Source: Pseudomonadota bacterium (GTDB lineage Bacteria; Myxococcota; JACRCW01; JAFGSX01). Taken from it: a stretch of DNA of 64,000 bases. The stretch covers positions 256,001-320,000 of the forward strand of contig JBDRCO010000068.1 in NCBI GenBank assembly GCA_043821645.1, read 5' to 3'. The notes under the pieces were generated by a model. The model was not told the DNA's origin. It saw only the letters and a list, made by a program, of their open reading frames with translations, and did not search any database. Shown here piece after piece: positions 59,278-64,000 of the stretch. The stretch's first letter is position 1. Each line of letters opens with the position of its first letter. Made by a program: the position numbers and the translations under genes.

Positions 59278-60915
59278 TCAACCGCGAGCGGCGACCTCGC
59301 GCAGTCCAGGAGCTTCGCGGCCGGTACTGGCCACGTACTCGGTGTAGCCGCCGCCGTAGGCCACCACACCATCGGAATTGAGCTCGAGCACGCGGTTGGA
59401 GAGCGCCGACAGAAAACGGCGATCGTGCGACACAAAAAGCATGGTGCCTTCGAAGCTGGCCAGGGTCGTGAGCAGCATCTCCTTGGTGGCGACGTCGAGG
59501 TGGTTGGTCGGCTCGTCCAGGACCAGAAAGTTGGGCGGGTCAAACAGCATGCGCGCCAGCACCAGCCTGACCTTCTCGCCGCCCGACAGCGCGCGACTGC
59601 GCTTCTCCACGTCGTCGCCAAAAAAACCAAAGCCGGCTGCGAGATTTTTCAAGGTGCCGACGTTGGCCAGCGGAAAGGCGTCGCGAAGCGTGTCCCAAAC
59701 AGTTTTGTCCGGCTCGAGCAGCTCCATGGCGTGCTGGGCGAAGTAACCCATCTTCACACTGGCACCCAGCGTGACCACGCCGCTGTCGGGCTGGATTTCT
59801 CCGGCGATCATCTTGAGCAAGGTCGTCTTGCCGGAGCCGTTGGCACCCAGCACACAGCAACGCTCGCCGCGGCTGACGATGTGTGAAAAATCGCTGTACA
59901 CCCGGTTGTCACCCCAGGCCTTGTGCACGCCCTCGAGCCTGGCCACCACCTCGCCGCTGCGCGGTGGTGTCTTGAAGTTGAACACCAGGGCCTTGCGGCG
60001 CCTGGGCGGCTCGACCCGTTCGATCTTGTCGAGCATCTTGACCCGGGACTGCACCTGGGAGGCGTGGGACGCGCGGGCCTTGAAGCGCTCGATGAAGGCC
60101 AGCTCCTTCTTGAGATTGGCCTGCTGGCGATCAAACTGGGCTTGCTGCTGTGCGTCGGCGGTGGCGCGGGCAGCCTCGTAAAAATCGTAGTTGCCGGAGT
60201 AGCTGGTGAGCTCGCCAGCGTCGATCTCGATGATCTTGTGCACCACCCGGTTCATGAACTCGCGGTCGTGCGCGGTCATTAAGATCGCGCCTTTGTAGTT
60301 CTTCAAAAAAGATTCCAGCCAGATGATCGACTCGAGATCGAGGTGGTTGGAGGGCTCGTCCAGCAACAGCACATCGGGGCGCAGCAGCAAGTTGCGAGCG
60401 AGCGCCACCCGCACCTTCCAGCCTCCGGACAGCGCACCAACGTCGCCGTCCATCATCGCCTCCGAGAAACCCAGACCGGCCAGGATCTCCCGGGCGCGCG
60501 CCTCCAGTTCGTAGCCCCCCAGGTGCTCGAACTCGCTCTGCAGCTGCCCCAGCCGCTCCAGCAAGGCGTCCATCTCGTGTTCCCGGGTCGGATCGGCCAG
60601 CGCGTGCTCGACCTGGTGGAGCTCCGCCGCGATCTCCGACACCGGGCCCACGCCGTTCATCGTCTCGGTCACTGCCGTGACCCCGCTCATCTCCCCCACG
60701 TCCTGGCTGAAGTGGCCCAGCCGCACGCCCCGATCGATGGAGACCTGGCCCTCGTCGGGTTCTTCTTCCTGGGTGAGCAGGCGAAACAAAGTCGACTTGC
60801 CAGCGCCGTTGGGGCCGACCAGGCCCACCTTCTCTCCCCGATGGATGGCAGCTGAGGCGTCAATGAACAGAATCTGTTTGCCGTGCTGCATGCCGATGGC
60901 GTCAAGTCGTATCAA
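59278..60915 (-). CDS. ABC-F family ATPase
   Basis: Two ABC domains (GPNGAGKST/LSGGWK/DEPSNHLD and GANGSGKTT/LSGGEK/DEPTNHLD), no TM segments. Confidence 0.95.
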   Translation of the reverse strand: MIRLDAIGMQHGKQILFIDASAAIHRGEKVGLVGPNGAGKSTLFRLLTQEEEPDEGQVSIDRGVRLGHFSQDVGEMSGVTAVTETMNGVGPVSEIAAELHQVEHALADPTREHEMDALLERLGQLQSEFEHLGGYELEARAREILAGLGFSEAMMDGDVGALSGGWKVRVALARNLLLRPDVLLLDEPSNHLDLESIIWLESFLKNYKGAILMTAHDREFMNRVVHKIIEIDAGELTSYSGNYDFYEAARATADAQQQAQFDRQQANLKKELAFIERFKARASHASQVQSRVKMLDKIERVEPPRRRKALVFNFKTPPRSGEVVARLEGVHKAWGDNRVYSDFSHIVSRGERCCVLGANGSGKTTLLKMIAGEIQPDSGVVTLGASVKMGYFAQHAMELLEPDKTVWDTLRDAFPLANVGTLKNLAAGFGFFGDDVEKRSRALSGGEKVRLVLARMLFDPPNFLVLDEPTNHLDVATKEMLLTTLASFEGTMLFVSHDRRFLSALSNRVLELNSDGVVAYGGGYTEYVASTGREAPGLREVAARG

Positions 60916-61268
60916 GGGCGTCGTCCTGCAAAGCTCGGGACTAAAATGGCTCTGGCCTGTCAGGCAGAAGACCTAGCATCTCCATGGTGCAGAACAAGCG
61001 GCACCCTCTGATCAACTCAGAAAGGTCGACCTTGCTCATCCCGGCGCTGGACCTCGTCTCGCTCGCGAAGAATACCCCGTGGTGGCCTCGATCCTTCGAC
61101 GCCAACAGGGACGCTGTGAGCATCGAGACGACGGCACGATCGTGGGAGTAGTGAACCAACCTGGCCCAGTGGGACGAAGCTGGATTGTACGTGCAAGATC
61201 CCGCCGCCACCATAGTCAACGGCCAGGCTGTGCGTCCGCTCGAAGAGAGAACAAGCCAACCGCCGAAC

Positions 61269-62111
61269 TCACCAGCTCCAGGACAGGCAGTGCGCCTGGC
61301 AGGTGAGCGAGAGGGTGGTGGTGCCCCACGGCGTCATTGTCTGGGCACGGAGCTTCCACACCCCGGCCTCGGCGTACACGAAGCAACTCGAGGTATCGAC
61401 GTCGGTCTCGGGTCTGGCGTGGTTGTGCGAGATGCTATTGGCGGTCAGGAAGCAGATGCTGCCCGCCGTCGGGAGCATGGTGGTGTTCACAGTCTGGCCC
61501 CAGTCGGCGGGGTTCGAGATGATCTTTGCCTCATACACACCGCTGACCCGCATGCCCTTCATGGCGGTCTCACCGGTGAAAGTCAGTCCGTTGTTGACGA
61601 CCAGCGCGCCGGTCGTGGTGGTACCGGTGACCGCGGCGTTGTTGTGCACCTCAAGGTTGTTGTGCACCGAAAAATCCGCGGCCGAGCTGCTCCACATCGA
61701 GTACGGCGTCGGGAACAGGCGTTTCTTGCCAGCCAACGGGATGGACTGCATGCCGTCATGCAGGGTGATGCCCACCAGGATCTCGTCGGCGTTCTCGATC
61801 GCCTGGACGAGCTCGTCCTAGCTGGTCTGCGAGGTCGAGCCAAGCTCCACGGCGAAGCGCCCTCGGTGAAAGCTGACGTTCTGGGTCTCTGTCCACACCA
61901 CGGTGCCGGACGCAGCAGCGTCAAAGAGGGCGACCTCCATGTCCATCGCGCCGCTCATCGCCACGCCGTCCATCTCGAGGACACCGCTGTAGGGAACCCG
62001 CATCGGCACCTGCGAGACCGCGGGGTTGCCATCCGCACCGGCGGCAACCGAGTAGAAGATCACGACAAGAACCCAAAGGTCTGAGACAAGAACTCCAAAG
62101 CATCGTGGCAT
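61269..62111 (-). pseudogene. fibre-like secreted protein, paralog of 34058-35053, interrupted by an in-frame TAG
   Basis: Track ORFs 61818-62192 and 61269-61775 share a frame, with a single TAG at 61818-61820; similarity to the paralog continues on both sides. Confidence 0.75.
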
Positions 62112-62678
62112 ATGCTGCTCCCCCAGGGTGGGACACCGTCCACCGTTCAGCGAGCCAAGCTGAACCCCGATGAGGGGCTCCACTGGCGCCATCTCGGTCG
62201 AGCGTCCTGCACCATGTCAGTGTTCACGGACATGACGAAGGGTGTCGTTCTGGTCCCGTGGACCTGGACCTGCGGCAGTATGACCTCGTCGACTGGCTGG
62301 CCAGGGACCCAGGCACAGGTCGCGAGGCTCAACGGAGTCTGGTCCCCGCCATCCACAGTGGCGTCGCCAGCGCTGCTGGCCAGGTTGGCGTCGGTGATGA
62401 GGCGCTCGTGGGCGCAGGACAAACAAGCGCCATCCCCGCCTGTGCCACAGCTCCGCCTCCCCTTCCGGCAATGCAACCCCGTCGATGTCGGGCCGCCTGG
62501 CCCGGCCCCTCCGTCGTCACAGGCATCTTTTTAGGATCGCGGGTAGACCTCGGGCCAGGAAGTCCACACGGTCAGAGCGGCCTGGCCTCGAGGTGAGCGT
62601 CGCCGCGGGGATATCCTCGAAGCCTGCGGACAGCTCCGGCAGTGGCATACGCCGCGACACGAGGTGCGGCGTCGTGGA

Positions 62679-64000
62679 TCACGGCGCGAGGTAGCGCATC
62701 CGCACCTCGATGTGGTCGAGCGCCACGCGAGCCTCGCCACGACCGGACACGCCAGAAGGACGGCACTGGACGTTGAGCGTGCGATTGCCCTCGAGCAGGA
62801 AACCGCGGGCCTCGATGGCAGAAGTGGCGCTCCAGTCGACCAGCGCGCCCGGTGGCGCAGGCAGGTAGGGTATTCCGGCGGCAGCGCTGGTGCTGTTGGC
62901 GGCGATGGGCAGCCAGGCCCCCGCTGGCGAGCCCGGGCCACCGGTGACCCAGCCCCGCAGAGTGGAGCCCACGTCACCCCCTCCGAAGGGGCTGAAGCTC
63001 CCGCCGCAATGCGCTCGGACCCGCACACCGGTCACGTCGTCGCGAAGGAAGCCTGCTGTCGAGAAATCTGCCCCGAACTGGAAGCCGGGCTGGCCCGCCG
63101 CACCGCCGTCGTACTCCCAGGTGTCCTGCCGACCCCCGATGCTGCCGGCCCAGCCACCGAACAGCACGACGCGTTCCCTCGCCTCGTCGTAGGCCAGTGC
63201 GTGATCATGCCGGGGAATGGGCAGCACGGACTCGGGTTGACGCTGCGACCAGCTCGAGCCGTCCCACTCCCAGGTGTCGCCGACGATGAACGAGGCGTTG
63301 CTGTCGCTGCCGCCGAACAGCACCACTCGAGCCGTCGACGCGTCGAAGGTCATGCCGAACCGCGATCGCGCCCGGGGATTTCCCTGTGCTGGCGTGCGCT
63401 CGGTCCAGCCCGAGCCGTCCCACTCCCAGGTATCCTGCAACGCAACCGAGTTGTACCCGCCGAACAGCACCACGCGCTGGCGCCTGCTGTCGTAAGCCAG
63501 GCCATGACTGTAGCGGACAGGCGGATTGCCGGAAGCCGGCGTGACATTGGTCCAGCTGGTCCCGTTCCAGGCCCAGGTGTCCTGCTGTGGCCCGGAGGAG
63601 TAGCCACCAAACAGCAGCACCTGGGACCGCGCCGCGTCATAAACCAAAGCGCCGTAGGAGCGCGCCGGGGGATTGCCCGAGCTCGGCGTGACGTTGCTCC
63701 AGCTGGACCCGTCCCACTCCCAGGTGTCCTGCAGGCGGCTACCGCCGCTGCTGTAGCCACCGAAGAGCACCATGCGATCGCGCACCCCGTCGTGGGCCAG
63801 GCCGTGGGCATAGCGCGCAGGCGGGTTGCCCGACACCGGCGTCACGTCGGTCCAGTTCTGGCCATTCCACAGCCAGGTGTCCTGGGATGCGCCCCCGGAC
63901 TGCCTGTCTCCTCCAAACAGCAGCACCTGAGCGTGTGCGCTGTCGTAGGCCATGGCGTGCCAGTGACGGGCACTCGGCACCGCAACCGTGGGTGTGCTGT
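62679..64000 (-). CDS. Kelch-repeat surface protein, C-terminal part (start outside the window); paralog of 44761-50484
   Basis: YD...VLFGG...DTWEWDG repeats and the shared terminal domain VALDHIEVRMRY. Confidence 0.88.
   Translation of the reverse strand, partial: STPTVAVPSARHWHAMAYDSAHAQVLLFGGDRQSGGASQDTWLWNGQNWTDVTPVSGNPPARYAHGLAHDGVRDRMVLFGGYSSGGSRLQDTWEWDGSSWSNVTPSSGNPPARSYGALVYDAARSQVLLFGGYSSGPQQDTWAWNGTSWTNVTPASGNPPVRYSHGLAYDSRRQRVVLFGGYNSVALQDTWEWDGSGWTERTPAQGNPRARSRFGMTFDASTARVVLFGGSDSNASFIVGDTWEWDGSSWSQRQPESVLPIPRHDHALAYDEARERVVLFGGWAGSIGGRQDTWEYDGGAAGQPGFQFGADFSTAGFLRDDVTGVRVRAHCGGSFSPFGGGDVGSTLRGWVTGGPGSPAGAWLPIAANSTSAAAGIPYLPAPPGALVDWSATSAIEARGFLLEGNRTLNVQCRPSGVSGRGEARVALDHIEVRMRYLAP

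Noticed and set aside
60941-60985. Short upstream ORF (MEMLGLLPDRPEPF) as an ABC-F attenuation leader
   Set aside because: No clear SD or terminator/antiterminator structure, and the ABC-F is not evidently a resistance type.
61818-61820. Pyrrolysine recoding of the TAG
   Set aside because: The gene is not a methylamine methyltransferase and no pyl genes are in the window; a nonsense mutation or sequencing error is more parsimonious.
62147-62530. Cys-containing ORF fragment between the Kelch gene and the fibre gene
   Set aside because: No convincing start, SD or family motif; cannot be supported as a CDS.

Overview
High-GC bacterial chromosomal segment. The gene content points to a Myxococcota/deltaproteobacterial-type organism: Cys-rich lipoproteins, PEGA/RCC1/Kelch surface proteins, PP2C phosphatases and an orphan MotB-like protein, plus low-oxygen-type genes (FprA, DUF362-like). 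About 52 CDS were called. Housekeeping genes (class III aminotransferase, fabH, cstA, mtnP, rlmN, psd, bamA-like, UvrD/PcrA, mutY, ABC-F) are interleaved with secreted accessory proteins. No rRNA, tRNA, CRISPR array or transposase was seen. Main observations: (1) a HesB/IscA-like selenoprotein absent from the ORF track (51185-51505, in-frame UGA plus a SECIS-like hairpin). It lies downstream of an ECF sigma/anti-sigma/CpxP-like/DUF6599-like/Tat-DUF362-like cluster whose two divergent promoters share GGAAGA-N16-CGTCTT. (2) A tandem array of three paralogous unknown membrane proteins plus a related lipoprotein, all ending in Tyr. (3) Two matching candidate TetR operators in an ABC-exporter/serine-hydrolase cassette. 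(4) Two fibre-like paralogs, one split by an in-frame TAG. (5) A PAD/amidinotransferase-fold protein, and a PP2C with an EF-hand-like insert. All family calls come from motif recognition by eye, without database searches.
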